DNA of 47,326 nucleotides, taken from sequence record OM418626.1. The stretch is one strand, 5' to 3'. The notes beneath the pieces were generated by a model. The model did not search any database and was not told the origin of the DNA. It saw only the letters and a program-made list of their open reading frames with translations. Within the stretch, counting starts at the first letter, position 1, and each line of letters opens with the position of its first letter. This stretch comes from Escherichia phage Lambda imm434. Shown here one piece after another: positions 24,509 to 34,086 of the stretch. The position numbers and the translations under genes are program-made.

Positions 24509-25399
24509 CTAGATCCCTCTGAAAAAATCTTCCGAGTTTGCTAGGCACTGATACATAACTCTTTTCCAATAATTGGGGAAGTCATTCAAATCTATAATAG
24601 GTTTCAGATTTGCTTCAATAAATTCTGACTGTAGCTGCTGAAACGTTGCGGTTGAACTATATTTCCTTATAACTTTTACGAAAGAGTTTCTTTGAGTAAT
24701 CACTTCACTCAAGTGCTTCCCTGCCTCCAAACGATACCTGTTAGCAATATTTAATAGCTTGAAATGATGAAGAGCTCTGTGTTTGTCTTCCTGCCTCCAG
24801 TTCGCCGGGCATTCAACATAAAAACTGATAGCACCCGGAGTTCCGGAAACGAAATTTGCATATACCCATTGCTCACGAAAAAAAATGTCCTTGTCGATAT
24901 AGGGATGAATCGCTTGGTGTACCTCATCTACTGCGAAAACTTGACCTTTCTCTCCCATATTGCAGTCGCGGCACGATGGAACTAAATTAATAGGCATCAC
25001 CGAAAATTCAGGATAATGTGCAATAGGAAGAAAATGATCTATATTTTTTGTCTGTCCTATATCACCACAAAATGGACATTTTTCACCTGATGAAACAAGC
25101 ATGTCATCGTAATATGTTCTAGCGGGTTTGTTTTTATCTCGGAGATTATTTTCATAAAGCTTTTCTAATTTAACCTTTGTCAGGTTACCAACTACTAAGG
25201 TTGTAGGCTCAAGAGGGTGTGTCCTGTCGTAGGTAAATAACTGACCTGTCGAGCTTAATATTCTATATTGTTGTTCTTTCTGCAAAAAAGTGGGGAAGTG
25301 AGTAATGAAATTATTTCTAACATTTATCTGCATCATACCTTCCGAGCATTTATTAAGCATTTCGCTATAAGTTCTCGCTGGAAGAGGTAGTTTTTTCAT
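24509..25399 (-). CDS. ea31: Ea31, HNH-type endonuclease-like protein
   Basis: ORF 24509..25399 (296 aa); motif CPFCGDIGQTKNIDHFLPIAHYPEFSVMPINLVPSCRDCN; start overlaps ea59 stop (ATGA). Confidence 0.85.
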   Translation of the reverse strand: MKKLPLPARTYSEMLNKCSEGMMQINVRNNFITHFPTFLQKEQQYRILSSTGQLFTYDRTHPLEPTTLVVGNLTKVKLEKLYENNLRDKNKPARTYYDDMLVSSGEKCPFCGDIGQTKNIDHFLPIAHYPEFSVMPINLVPSCRDCNMGEKGQVFAVDEVHQAIHPYIDKDIFFREQWVYANFVSGTPGAISFYVECPANWRQEDKHRALHHFKLLNIANRYRLEAGKHLSEVITQRNSFVKVIRKYSSTATFQQLQSEFIEANLKPIIDLNDFPNYWKRVMYQCLANSEDFFRGI

Positions 25400-26973
25400 T
25401 GTACTTTACCTTCATCTCTGTTCATTATCATCGCTTTTAAAACGGTTCGACCTTCTAATCCTATCTGACCATTATAATTTTTTAGAATGGTTTCATAAGA
25501 AAGCTCTGAATCAACGGACTGCGATAATAAGTGGTGGTATCCAGAATTTGTCACTTCAAGTAAAAACACCTCACGAGTTAAAACACCTAAGTTCTCACCG
25601 AATGTCTCAATATCCGGACGGATAATATTTATTGCTTCTCTTGACCGTAGGACTTTCCACACGCAGGATTTTGGAACCTCTTGCAGTACTACTGGGGAAT
25701 GAGTTGCAATTATTGCTACACCATTGCGTGCATCGAGTAAGTCGCTTAATGTTCGTAAAAAAGCAGAGAGCAAAGGTGGATGCAGATGAACCTCTGGTTC
25801 ATCGAATAAAACTAATGACTTTTCGCCAACGACATCTACTAATCTTGTGATAGTAAATAAAACAATTGCATGTCCAGAGCTCATTCGAAGCAGATATTTC
25901 TGGATATTGTCATAAAACAATTTAGTGAATTTATCATCGTCCACTTGAATCTGTGGTTCATTACGTCTTAACTCTTCATATTTAGAAATGAGGCTGATGA
26001 GTTCCATATTTGAAAAGTTTTCATCACTACTTAGTTTTTTGATAGCTTCAAGCCAGAGTTGTCTTTTTCTATCTACTCTCATACAACCAATAAATGCTGA
26101 AATGAATTCTAAGCGGAGATCGCCTAGTGATTTTAAACTATTGCTGGCAGCATTCTTGAGTCCAATATAAAAGTATTGTGTACCTTTTGCTGGGTCAGGT
26201 TGTTCTTTAGGAGGAGTAAAAGGATCAAATGCACTAAACGAAACTGAAACAAGCGATCGAAAATATCCCTTTGGGATTCTTGACTCGATAAGTCTATTAT
26301 TTTCAGAGAAAAAATATTCATTGTTTTCTGGGTTGGTGATTGCACCAATCATTCCATTCAAAATTGTTGTTTTACCACACCCATTCCGCCCGATAAAAGC
26401 ATGAATGTTCGTGCTGGGCATAGAATTAACCGTCACCTCAAAAGGTATAGTTAAATCACTGAATCCGGGAGCACTTTTTCTATTAAATGAAAAGTGGAAA
26501 TCTGACAATTCTGGCAAACCATTTAACACACGTGCGAACTGTCCATGAATTTCTGAAAGAGTTACCCCTCTAAGTAATGAGGTGTTAAGGACGCTTTCAT
26601 TTTCAATGTCGGCTAATCGATTTGGCCATACTACTAAATCCTGAATAGCTTTAAGAAGGTTATGTTTAAAACCATCGCTTAATTTGCTGAGATTAACATA
26701 GTAGTCAATGCTTTCACCTAAGGAAAAAAACATTTCAGGGAGTTGACTGAATTTTTTATCTATTAATGAATAAGTGCTTACTTCTTCTTTTTGACCTACA
26801 AAACCAATTTTAACATTTCCGATATCGCATTTTTCACCATGCTCATCAAAGACAGTAAGATAAAACATTGTAACAAAGGAATAGTCATTCCAACCATCTG
26901 CTCGTAGGAATGCCTTATTTTTTTCTACTGCAGGAATATACCCGCCTCTTTCAATAACACTAAACTCCAACAT
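25396..26973 (-). CDS. ea59: Ea59, ABC/OLD-type ATPase with about 190-aa N-terminal extension
   Basis: ORF 25396..26973 (525 aa); Walker A FIGRNGCGKTT, signature-like MSSGH, Walker B LVLFDEPEVHLHP, H-loop IATHSP. Confidence 0.85.
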   Translation of the reverse strand: MLEFSVIERGGYIPAVEKNKAFLRADGWNDYSFVTMFYLTVFDEHGEKCDIGNVKIGFVGQKEEVSTYSLIDKKFSQLPEMFFSLGESIDYYVNLSKLSDGFKHNLLKAIQDLVVWPNRLADIENESVLNTSLLRGVTLSEIHGQFARVLNGLPELSDFHFSFNRKSAPGFSDLTIPFEVTVNSMPSTNIHAFIGRNGCGKTTILNGMIGAITNPENNEYFFSENNRLIESRIPKGYFRSLVSVSFSAFDPFTPPKEQPDPAKGTQYFYIGLKNAASNSLKSLGDLRLEFISAFIGCMRVDRKRQLWLEAIKKLSSDENFSNMELISLISKYEELRRNEPQIQVDDDKFTKLFYDNIQKYLLRMSSGHAIVLFTITRLVDVVGEKSLVLFDEPEVHLHPPLLSAFLRTLSDLLDARNGVAIIATHSPVVLQEVPKSCVWKVLRSREAINIIRPDIETFGENLGVLTREVFLLEVTNSGYHHLLSQSVDSELSYETILKNYNGQIGLEGRTVLKAMIMNRDEGKVQ

Positions 26974-27543
26974 ATAGTAACCCTTAATTTTATTAAAATA
27001 ACCGCAATTTATTTGGCGGCAACACAGGATCTCTCTTTTAAGTTACTCTCTATTACATACGTTTTCCATCTAAAAATTAGTAGTATTGAACTTAACGGGG
27101 CATCGTATTGTAGTTTTCCATATTTAGCTTTCTGCTTCCTTTTGGATAACCCACTGTTATTCATGTTGCATGGTGCACTGTTTATACCAACGATATAGTC
27201 TATTAATGCATATATAGTATCGCCGAACGATTAGCTCTTCAGGCTTCTGAAGAAGCGTTTCAAGTACTAATAAGCCGATAGATAGCCACGGACTTCGTAG
27301 CCATTTTTCATAAGTGTTAACTTCCGCTCCTCGCTCATAACAGACATTCACTACAGTTATGGCGGAAAGGTATGCATGCTGGGTGTGGGGAAGTCGTGAA
27401 AGAAAAGAAGTCAGCTGCGTCGTTTGACATCACTGCTATCTTCTTACTGGTTATGCAGGTCGTAGTGGGTGGCACACAAAGCTTTGCACTGGATTGCGAG
27501 GCTTTGTGCTTCTCTGGAGTGCGACAGGTTTGATGACAAAAAA

Positions 27544-27577
27544 TTAGCGCAAGAAGACAAAAATCACCTTGCGCTAA
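27544..27577 (-). terminator. sib: sib / tI hairpin (RNase III retroregulation site and int terminator)
   Basis: Inverted repeat ttagcgcaag ... cttgcgctaa downstream of int on the leftward transcript; position consistent with lambda sib. Confidence 0.6.
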
Positions 27578-27723
27578 TGCTCTGTTACAGGTCACTAATA
27601 CCATCTAAGTAGTTGATTCATAGTGACTGCATATGTTGTGTTTTACAGTATTATGTAGTCTGTTTTTTATGCAAAATCTAATTTAATATATTGATATTTA
27701 TATCATTTTACGTTTCTCGTTCA

Positions 27724-27738
27724 GCTTTTTTATACTAA
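27724..27738. other. attP: attP core (common core O of POP')
   Basis: Exact 15-bp core gcttttttatactaa about 75 bp from the int 3' end. Confidence 0.9.
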
Positions 27739-27811
27739 GTTGGCATTATAAAAAAGCATTGCTTATCAATTTGTTGCAACGAACAGGTCACTATCAGTCA
27801 AAATAAAATCA

Positions 27812-28882
27812 TTATTTGATTTCAATTTTGTCCCACTCCCTGCCTCTGTCATCACGATACTGTGATGCCATGGTGTCCGACTTATGCCCGAGAAGATGTT
27901 GAGCAAACTTATCGCTTATCTGCTTCTCATAGAGTCTTGCAGACAAACTGCGCAACTCGTGAAAGGTAGGCGGATCCCCTTCGAAGGAAAGACCTGATGC
28001 TTTTCGTGCGCGCATAAAATACCTTGATACTGTGCCGGATGAAAGCGGTTCGCGACGAGTAGATGCAATTATGGTTTCTCCGCCAAGAATCTCTTTGCAT
28101 TTATCAAGTGTTTCCTTCATTGATATTCCGAGAGCATCAATATGCAATGCTGTTGGGATGGCAATTTTTACGCCTGTTTTGCTTTGCTCGACATAAAGAT
28201 ATCCATCTACGATATCAGACCACTTCATTTCGCATAAATCACCAACTCGTTGCCCGGTAACAACAGCCAGTTCCATTGCAAGTCTGAGCCAACATGGTGA
28301 TGATTCTGCTGCTTGATAAATTTTCAGGTATTCGTCAGCCGTAAGTCTTGATCTCCTTACCTCTGATTTTGCTGCGCGAGTGGCAGCGACATGGTTTGTT
28401 GTTATATGGCCTTCAGCTATTGCCTCTCGGAATGCATCGCTCAGTGTTGATCTGATTAACTTGGCTGACGCCGCCTTGCCCTCGTCTATGTATCCATTGA
28501 GCATTGCCGCAATTTCTTTTGTGGTGATGTCTTCAAGTGGAGCATCAGGCAGACCCCTCCTTATTGCTTTAATTTTGCTCATGTAATTTATGAGTGTCTT
28601 CTGCTTGATTCCTCTGCTGGCCAGGATTTTTTCGTAGCGATCAAGCCATGAATGTAACGTAACGGAATTATCACTGTTGATTCTCGCTGTCAGAGGCTTG
28701 TGTTTGTGTCCTGAAAATAACTCAATGTTGGCCTGTATAGCTTCAGTGATTGCGATTCGCCTGTCTCTGCCTAATCCAAACTCTTTACCCGTCCTTGGGT
28801 CCCTGTAGCAGTAATATCCATTGTTTCTTATATAAAGGTTAGGGGGTAAATCCCGGCGCTCATGACTTCGCCTTCTTCCCAT
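27812..28882 (-). CDS. int: Integrase (tyrosine recombinase)
   Basis: ORF 27812..28882 (356 aa, MGRRRSHERRDLPPNLYIRNNGYYCYRDPRTGKEF...); lambda Int. Confidence 0.93.
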   Translation of the reverse strand: MGRRRSHERRDLPPNLYIRNNGYYCYRDPRTGKEFGLGRDRRIAITEAIQANIELFSGHKHKPLTARINSDNSVTLHSWLDRYEKILASRGIKQKTLINYMSKIKAIRRGLPDAPLEDITTKEIAAMLNGYIDEGKAASAKLIRSTLSDAFREAIAEGHITTNHVAATRAAKSEVRRSRLTADEYLKIYQAAESSPCWLRLAMELAVVTGQRVGDLCEMKWSDIVDGYLYVEQSKTGVKIAIPTALHIDALGISMKETLDKCKEILGGETIIASTRREPLSSGTVSRYFMRARKASGLSFEGDPPTFHELRSLSARLYEKQISDKFAQHLLGHKSDTMASQYRDDRGREWDKIEIK

Positions 28883-29078
28883 TTCTGATCCTCTTCAAAA
28901 GGCCACCTGTTACTGGTCGATTTAAGTCAACCTTTACCGCTGATTCGTGGAACAGATACTCTCTTCCATCCTTAACCGGAGGTGGGAATATCCTGCATTC
29001 CCGAACCCATCGACGAACTGTTTCAAGGCTTCTTGGACGTCGCTGGCGTGCGTTCCACTCCTGAAGTGTCAAGTACAT
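28860..29078 (-). CDS. xis: Excisionase
   Basis: ORF 28860..29078 (72 aa, MYLTLQEWNARQRRPRSLETVRRWV...), overlapping int start. Confidence 0.9.
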   Translation of the reverse strand: MYLTLQEWNARQRRPRSLETVRRWVRECRIFPPPVKDGREYLFHESAVKVDLNRPVTGGLLKRIRNGKKAKS

Positions 29079-29090
29079 CGCAAAGTCTCC

Positions 29091-29104
29091 GCAATTACAC
29101 GCAA
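29091..29104 (-). promoter_or_regulatory. CII-binding direct repeat TTGC-N6-TTGC of promoter PI
   Basis: Minus-strand ttgcgtgtaattgc immediately upstream of the xis start. Confidence 0.65.
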
Positions 29105-29373
29105 GAAAAAACCGCCATCAGGCGGCTTGGTGTTCTTTCAGTTCTTCAATTCGAATATTGGTTACGTCTGCATGTGCTATCTGCGCCCATATCATCCAGT
29201 GGTCGTAGCAGTCGTTGATGTTCTCCGCTTCGATAACTCTGTTGAATGGCTCTCCATTCCATTCTCCTGTGACTCGGAAGTGCATTTATCATCTCCATAA
29301 AACAAAACCCGCCGTAGCGAGTTCAGATAAAATAAATCCCCGCGAGTGCGAGGATTGTTATGTAATATTGGGT

Positions 29374-29655
29374 TTAATCATCTATATGTTTTGTACAGAG
29401 AGGGCAAGTATCGTTTCCACCGTACTCGTGATAATAATTTTGCACGGTATCAGTCATTTCTCGCACATTGCAGAATGGGGATTTGTCTTCATTAGACTTA
29501 TAAACCTTCATGGAATATTTGTATGCCGACTCTATATCTATACCTTCATCTACATAAACACCTTCGTGATGTCTGCATGGAGACAAGACACCGGATCTGC
29601 ACAACATTGATAACGCCCAATCTTTTTGCTCAGACTCTAACTCATTGATACTCAT
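29374..29655 (-). CDS. ea8.5: Ea8.5, small Cys-containing protein
   Basis: ORF 29374..29655 (93 aa); lambda gene order. Confidence 0.8.
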   Translation of the reverse strand: MSINELESEQKDWALSMLCRSGVLSPCRHHEGVYVDEGIDIESAYKYSMKVYKSNEDKSPFCNVREMTDTVQNYYHEYGGNDTCPLCTKHIDD

Positions 29656-29846
29656 TTATAAACTCCTTGCAATGTATGTCGTTTCAGCTAAACGGTATCA
29701 GCAATGTTTATGTAAAGAAACAGTAAGATAATACTCAACCCGATGTTTGAGTACGGTCATCATCTGACACTACAGACTCTGGCATCGCTGTGAAGACGAC
29801 GCGAAATTCAGCATTTTCACAAGCGTTATCTTTTACAAAACCGATC

Positions 29847-30395
29847 TCACTCTCCTTTGATGCGAATGCCAGCGTCAGACATCATATGCAGATACTCACC
29901 TGCATCCTGAACCCATTGACCTCCAACCCCGTAATAGCGATGCGTAATGATGTCGATAGTTACTAACGGGTCTTGTTCGATTAACTGCCGCAGAAACTCT
30001 TCCAGGTCACCAGTGCAGTGCTTGATAACAGGAGTCTTCCCAGGATGGCGAACAACAAGAAACTGGTTTCCGTCTTCACGGACTTCGTTGCTTTCCAGTT
30101 TAGCAATACGCTTACTCCCATCCGAGATAACACCTTCGTAATACTCACGCTGCTCGTTGAGTTTTGATTTTGCTGTTTCAAGCTCAACACGCAGTTTCCC
30201 TACTGTTAGCGCAATATCCTCGTTCTCCTGGTCGCGGCGTTTGATGTATTGCTGGTTTCTTTCCCGTTCATCCAGCAGTTCCAGCACAATCGATGGTGTT
30301 ACCAATTCATGGAAAAGGTCTGCGTCAAATCCCCAGTCGTCATGCATTGCCTGCTCTGCCGCTTCACGCAGTGCCTGAGAGTTAATTTCGCTCAC
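29847..30395 (-). CDS. ea22: Ea22
   Basis: ORF 29847..30395 (182 aa). Confidence 0.8.
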   Translation of the reverse strand: MSEINSQALREAAEQAMHDDWGFDADLFHELVTPSIVLELLDERERNQQYIKRRDQENEDIALTVGKLRVELETAKSKLNEQREYYEGVISDGSKRIAKLESNEVREDGNQFLVVRHPGKTPVIKHCTGDLEEFLRQLIEQDPLVTIDIITHRYYGVGGQWVQDAGEYLHMMSDAGIRIKGE

Positions 30396-30613
30396 TTCGA
30401 ACCTCTCTGTTTACTGATAAGTTCCAGATCCTCCTGGCAACTTGCACAAGTCCGACAACCCTGAACGACCAGGCGTCTTCGTTCATCTATCGGATCGCCA
30501 CACTCACAACAATGAGTGGCAGATATAGCCTGGTGGTTCAGGCGGCGCATTTTTATTGCTGTGTTGCGCTGTAATTCTTCTATTTCTGATGCTGAATCAA
30601 TGATGTCTGCCAT
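30392..30613 (-). CDS. orf73: Orf73, TraR/DksA-like C4 zinc-finger protein
   Basis: ORF 30392..30613 (73 aa) with CxxC...CxxC (CCECG ... CRTCASC); stop overlaps ea22 start (ATGA). Confidence 0.65.
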   Translation of the reverse strand: MADIIDSASEIEELQRNTAIKMRRLNHQAISATHCCECGDPIDERRRLVVQGCRTCASCQEDLELISKQRGSK

Positions 30614-30838
30614 CTTTCATTAATCCCTGAACTGTTGGTTAATACGCTTGAGGGTGAATGCGAATAATAAAAAAGGAGCCTGTAGCTCCCTGATGATTTT
30701 GCTTTTCATGTTCATCGTTCCTTAAAGACGCCGTTTAACATGCCGATTGCCAGGCTTAAATGAGTCGGTGTGAATCCCATCAGCGTTACCGTTTCGCGGT
30801 GCTTCTTCAGTACGCTACGGCAAATGTCATCGACGTTT

Positions 30839-31024
30839 TTATCCGGAAACTGCTGTCTGGCTTTTTTTGATTTCAGAATTAGCCTGACGGGCAATGCTGC
30901 GAAGGGCGTTTTCCTGCTGAGGTGTCATTGAACAAGTCCCATGTCGGCAAGCATAAGCACACAGAATATGAAGCCCGCTGCCAGAAAAATGCATTCCGTG
31001 GTTGTCATACCTGGTCTCTCTCAT
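30839..31024 (-). CDS. Orf61 hypothetical protein
   Basis: ORF 30839..31024 (61 aa); matches lambda orf61 position. Confidence 0.5.
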   Translation of the reverse strand: MRETRYDNHGMHFSGSGLHILCAYACRHGTCSMTPQQENALRSIARQANSEIKKSQTAVSG

Positions 31025-31196
31025 CTGCTTCTGCTTTCGCCACCATCATTTCCAGCTTTTGTGAAAGGGATGCGGCTAACGTATGAAATTCTTCGTCTGT
31101 TTCTACTGGTATTGGCACAAACCTGATTCCAATTTGAGCAAGGCTATGTGCCATCTCGATACTCGTTCTTAACTCAACAGAAGATGCTTTGTGCAT
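31005..31196 (-). CDS. Orf63 hypothetical protein
   Basis: ORF 31005..31196 (63 aa); matches lambda orf63 position. Confidence 0.5.
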   Translation of the reverse strand: MHKASSVELRTSIEMAHSLAQIGIRFVPIPVETDEEFHTLAASLSQKLEMMVAKAEADERDQV

Positions 31197-31351
31197 ACAG
31201 CCCCTCGTTTATTATTTATCTCCTCAGCCAGCCGCTGTGCTTTCAGTGGATTTCGGATAACAGAAAGGCCGGGAAATACCCAGCCTCGCTTTGTAACGGA
31301 GTAGACGAAAGTGATTGCGCCTACCCGGATATTATCGTGAGGATGCGTCAT
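31169..31351 (-). CDS. Orf60a hypothetical protein
   Basis: ORF 31169..31357 with start taken at 31351; adjacent to exo. Confidence 0.5.
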   Translation of the reverse strand: MTHPHDNIRVGAITFVYSVTKRGWVFPGLSVIRNPLKAQRLAEEINNKRGAVCTKHLLLS

Positions 31352-32028
31352 CGCCATTGCTCCCCAAATACAAAACCAATTTCAGCCAGTGCCTCGTCCA
31401 TTTTTTCGATGAACTCCGGCACGATCTCGTCAAAACTCGCCATGTACTTTTCATCCCGCTCAATCACGACATAATGCAGGCCTTCACGCTTCATACGCGG
31501 GTCATAGTTGGCAAAGTACCAGGCATTTTTTCGCGTCACCCACATGCTGTACTGCACCTGGGCCATGTAAGCTGACTTTATGGCCTCGAAACCACCGAGC
31601 CGGAACTTCATGAAATCCCGGGAGGTAAACGGGCATTTCAGTTCAAGGCCGTTGCCGTCACTGCATAAACCATCGGGAGAGCAGGCGGTACGCATACTTT
31701 CGTCGCGATAGATGATCGGGGATTCAGTAACATTCACGCCGGAAGTGAATTCAAACAGGGTTCTGGCGTCGTTCTCGTACTGTTTTCCCCAGGCCAGTGC
31801 TTTAGCGTTAACTTCCGGAGCCACACCGGTGCAAACCTCAGCAAGCAGGGTGTGGAAGTAGGACATTTTCATGTCAGGCCACTTCTTTCCGGAGCGGGGT
31901 TTTGCTATCACGTTGTGAACTTCTGAAGCGGTGATGACGCCGAGCCGTAATTTGTGCCACGCATCTTCCCCCTGTTCGACAGCTCTCACATCGATCCCGG
32001 TACGCTGCAGGATAATGTCCGGTGTCAT
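31348..32028 (-). CDS. exo: Lambda exonuclease (Red alpha)
   Basis: ORF 31348..32028 (226 aa, [40 protein letters not shown]...). Confidence 0.93.
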   Translation of the reverse strand: MTPDIILQRTGIDVRAVEQGEDAWHKLRLGVITASEVHNVIAKPRSGKKWPDMKMSYFHTLLAEVCTGVAPEVNAKALAWGKQYENDARTLFEFTSGVNVTESPIIYRDESMRTACSPDGLCSDGNGLELKCPFTSRDFMKFRLGGFEAIKSAYMAQVQYSMWVTRKNAWYFANYDPRMKREGLHYVVIERDEKYMASFDEIVPEFIEKMDEALAEIGFVFGEQWR

Positions 32029-32810
32029 GCTGCCACCTTCTGCTCTGCGGCTTTCTGTTTCAGGAATCCAAGAGCTTTTACTGCTTCGGCCTGTGTCAGT
32101 TCTGACGATGCACGAATGTCGCGGCGAAATATCTGGGAACAGAGCGGCAATAAGTCGTCATCCCATGTTTTATCCAGGGCGATCAGCAGAGTGTTAATCT
32201 CCTGCATGGTTTCATCGTTAACCGGAGTGATGTCGCGTTCCGGCTGACGTTCTGCAGTGTATGCAGTATTTTCGACAATGCGCTCGGCTTCATCCTTGTC
32301 ATAGATACCAGCAAATCCGAAGGCCAGACGGGCACACTGAATCATGGCTTTATGACGTAACATCCGTTTGGGATGCGACTGCCACGGCCCCGTGATTTCT
32401 CTGCCTTCGCGAGTTTTGAATGGTTCGCGGCGGCATTCATCCATCCATTCGGTAACGCAGATCGGATGATTACGGTCCTTGCGGTAAATCCGGCATGTAC
32501 AGGATTCATTGTCCTGCTCAAAGTCCATGCCATCAAACTGCTGGTTTTCATTGATGATGCGGGACCAGCCATCAACGCCCACCACCGGAACGATGCCATT
32601 CTGCTTATCAGGAAAGGCGTAAATTTCTTTCGTCCACGGATTAAGGCCGTACTGGTTGGCAACGATCAGTAATGCGATGAACTGCGCATCGCTGGCATCA
32701 CCTTTAAATGCCGTCTGGCGAAGAGTGGTGATCAGTTCCTGTGGGTCGACAGAATCCATGCCGACACGTTCAGCCAGCTTCCCAGCCAGCGTTGCGAGTG
32801 CAGTACTCAT
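32025..32810 (-). CDS. bet: Beta single-strand annealing protein (Red beta)
   Basis: ORF 32025..32810 (261 aa, [37 protein letters not shown]...). Confidence 0.93.
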   Translation of the reverse strand: MSTALATLAGKLAERVGMDSVDPQELITTLRQTAFKGDASDAQFIALLIVANQYGLNPWTKEIYAFPDKQNGIVPVVGVDGWSRIINENQQFDGMDFEQDNESCTCRIYRKDRNHPICVTEWMDECRREPFKTREGREITGPWQSHPKRMLRHKAMIQCARLAFGFAGIYDKDEAERIVENTAYTAERQPERDITPVNDETMQEINTLLIALDKTWDDDLLPLCSQIFRRDIRASSELTQAEAVKALGFLKQKAAEQKVAA

Positions 32811-32815
32811 TCGTT

Positions 32816-33232
32816 TTATACCTCTGAATCAATATCAACCTGGTGGTGAGCAATGGTTTCAACCATGTACCGGATGTGTTCTGCCATGCGCTCCTGAAAC
32901 TCAACATCGTCATCAAACGCACGGGTAATGGATTTTTTGCTGGCCCCGTGGCGTTGCAAATGATCGATGCATAGCGATTCAAACAGGTGCTGGGGCAGGC
33001 CTTTTTCCATGTCGTCTGCCAGTTCTGCCTCTTTCTCTTCACGGGCGAGCTGCTGGTAGTGACGCGCCCAGCTCTGAGCCTCAAGACGATCCTGAATGTA
33101 ATAAGCGTTCATGGCTGAACTCCTGAAATAGCTGTGAAAATATCGCCCGCGAAATGCCGGGCTGATTAGGAAAACAGGAAAGGGGGTTAGTGAATGCTTT
33201 TGCTTGATCTCAGTTTCAGTATTAATATCCAT
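32816..33232 (-). CDS. gam: Gam, RecBCD inhibitor
   Basis: ORF 32816..33232 (138 aa, [36 protein letters not shown]...). Confidence 0.92.
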
Positions 33233-33330
33233 TTTTTATAAGCGTCGACGGCTTCACGAAACATCTTTTCATCGCCAATAAAAGTGGCGATAGTGAATTT
33301 AGTCTGGATAGCCATAAGTGTTTGATCCAT
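33187..33330 (-). CDS. kil: Kil, host cell-division (FtsZ) inhibitor
   Basis: Internal ATG at 33330 of ORF 33187..33456 gives 47 aa [47 protein letters not shown]. Confidence 0.75.
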
Positions 33331-33463
33331 TCTTTGGGACTCCTGGCTGATTAAGTATGTCGATAAGGCGTTTCCATCCGTCACGTAATTTACGGGTGAT
33401 TCGTTCAAGTAAAGATTCGGAAGGGCAGCCAGCAACAGGCCACCCTGCAATGGCATATTGCAT
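33299..33463 (-). CDS. cIII: CIII, FtsH protease inhibitor
   Basis: Start at 33463 gives [54 protein letters not shown]. Confidence 0.88.
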   Translation of the reverse strand: MQYAIAGWPVAGCPSESLLERITRKLRDGWKRLIDILNQPGVPKNGSNTYGYPD

Positions 33464-33535
33464 GGTGTGCTCCTTATTTATACATAACGAAAAACGCCTC
33501 GAGTGAAGCGTTATTGGTATGCGGTAAAACCGCAC

Positions 33536-33904
33536 TCAGGCGGCCTTGATAGTCATATCATCTGAATCAAATATTCCTGATGTATCGATATCGGTAATTC
33601 TTATTCCTTCGCTACCATCCATTGGAGGCCATCCTTCCTGACCATTTCCATCATTCCAGTCGAACTCACACACAACACCATATGCATTTAAGTCGCTTGA
33701 AATTGCTATAAGCAGAGCATGTTGCGCCAGCATGATTAATACAGCATTTAATACAGAGCCGTGTTTATTGAGTCGGTATTCAGAGTCTGACCAGAAATTA
33801 TTAATCTGGTGAAGTTTTTCCTCTGTCATTACGTCATGGTCGATTTCAATTTCTATTGATGCTTTCCAGTCGTAATCAATGATGTATTTTTTGATGTTTG
33901 ACAT
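33536..33904 (-). CDS. ea10: Ea10
   Basis: ORF 33536..33904 (122 aa); lambda gene order. Confidence 0.8.
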   Translation of the reverse strand: MSNIKKYIIDYDWKASIEIEIDHDVMTEEKLHQINNFWSDSEYRLNKHGSVLNAVLIMLAQHALLIAISSDLNAYGVVCEFDWNDGNGQEGWPPMDGSEGIRITDIDTSGIFDSDDMTIKAA

Positions 33905-34086
33905 CTGTTCATATCCTCACAGATAAAAAATCGCCCTCACACTGGAGGGCAAAGAAGATTTCCAATAATCAGAACAAGTCGGCTCCTGTTTAGTTACGAG
34001 CGACATTGCTCCGTGTATTCACTCGTTGGAATGAATACACAGTGCAGTGTTTATTCTGTTATTTATGCCAAAAATAAAGGCCACTA

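Noticed and set aside
27013-27604. Short ORFs (61-89 aa) between ea59 and attP
   Set aside because: AT-rich region with overlapping small frames on both strands and no recognisable motifs; more likely regulatory (sib, att arm) than coding.
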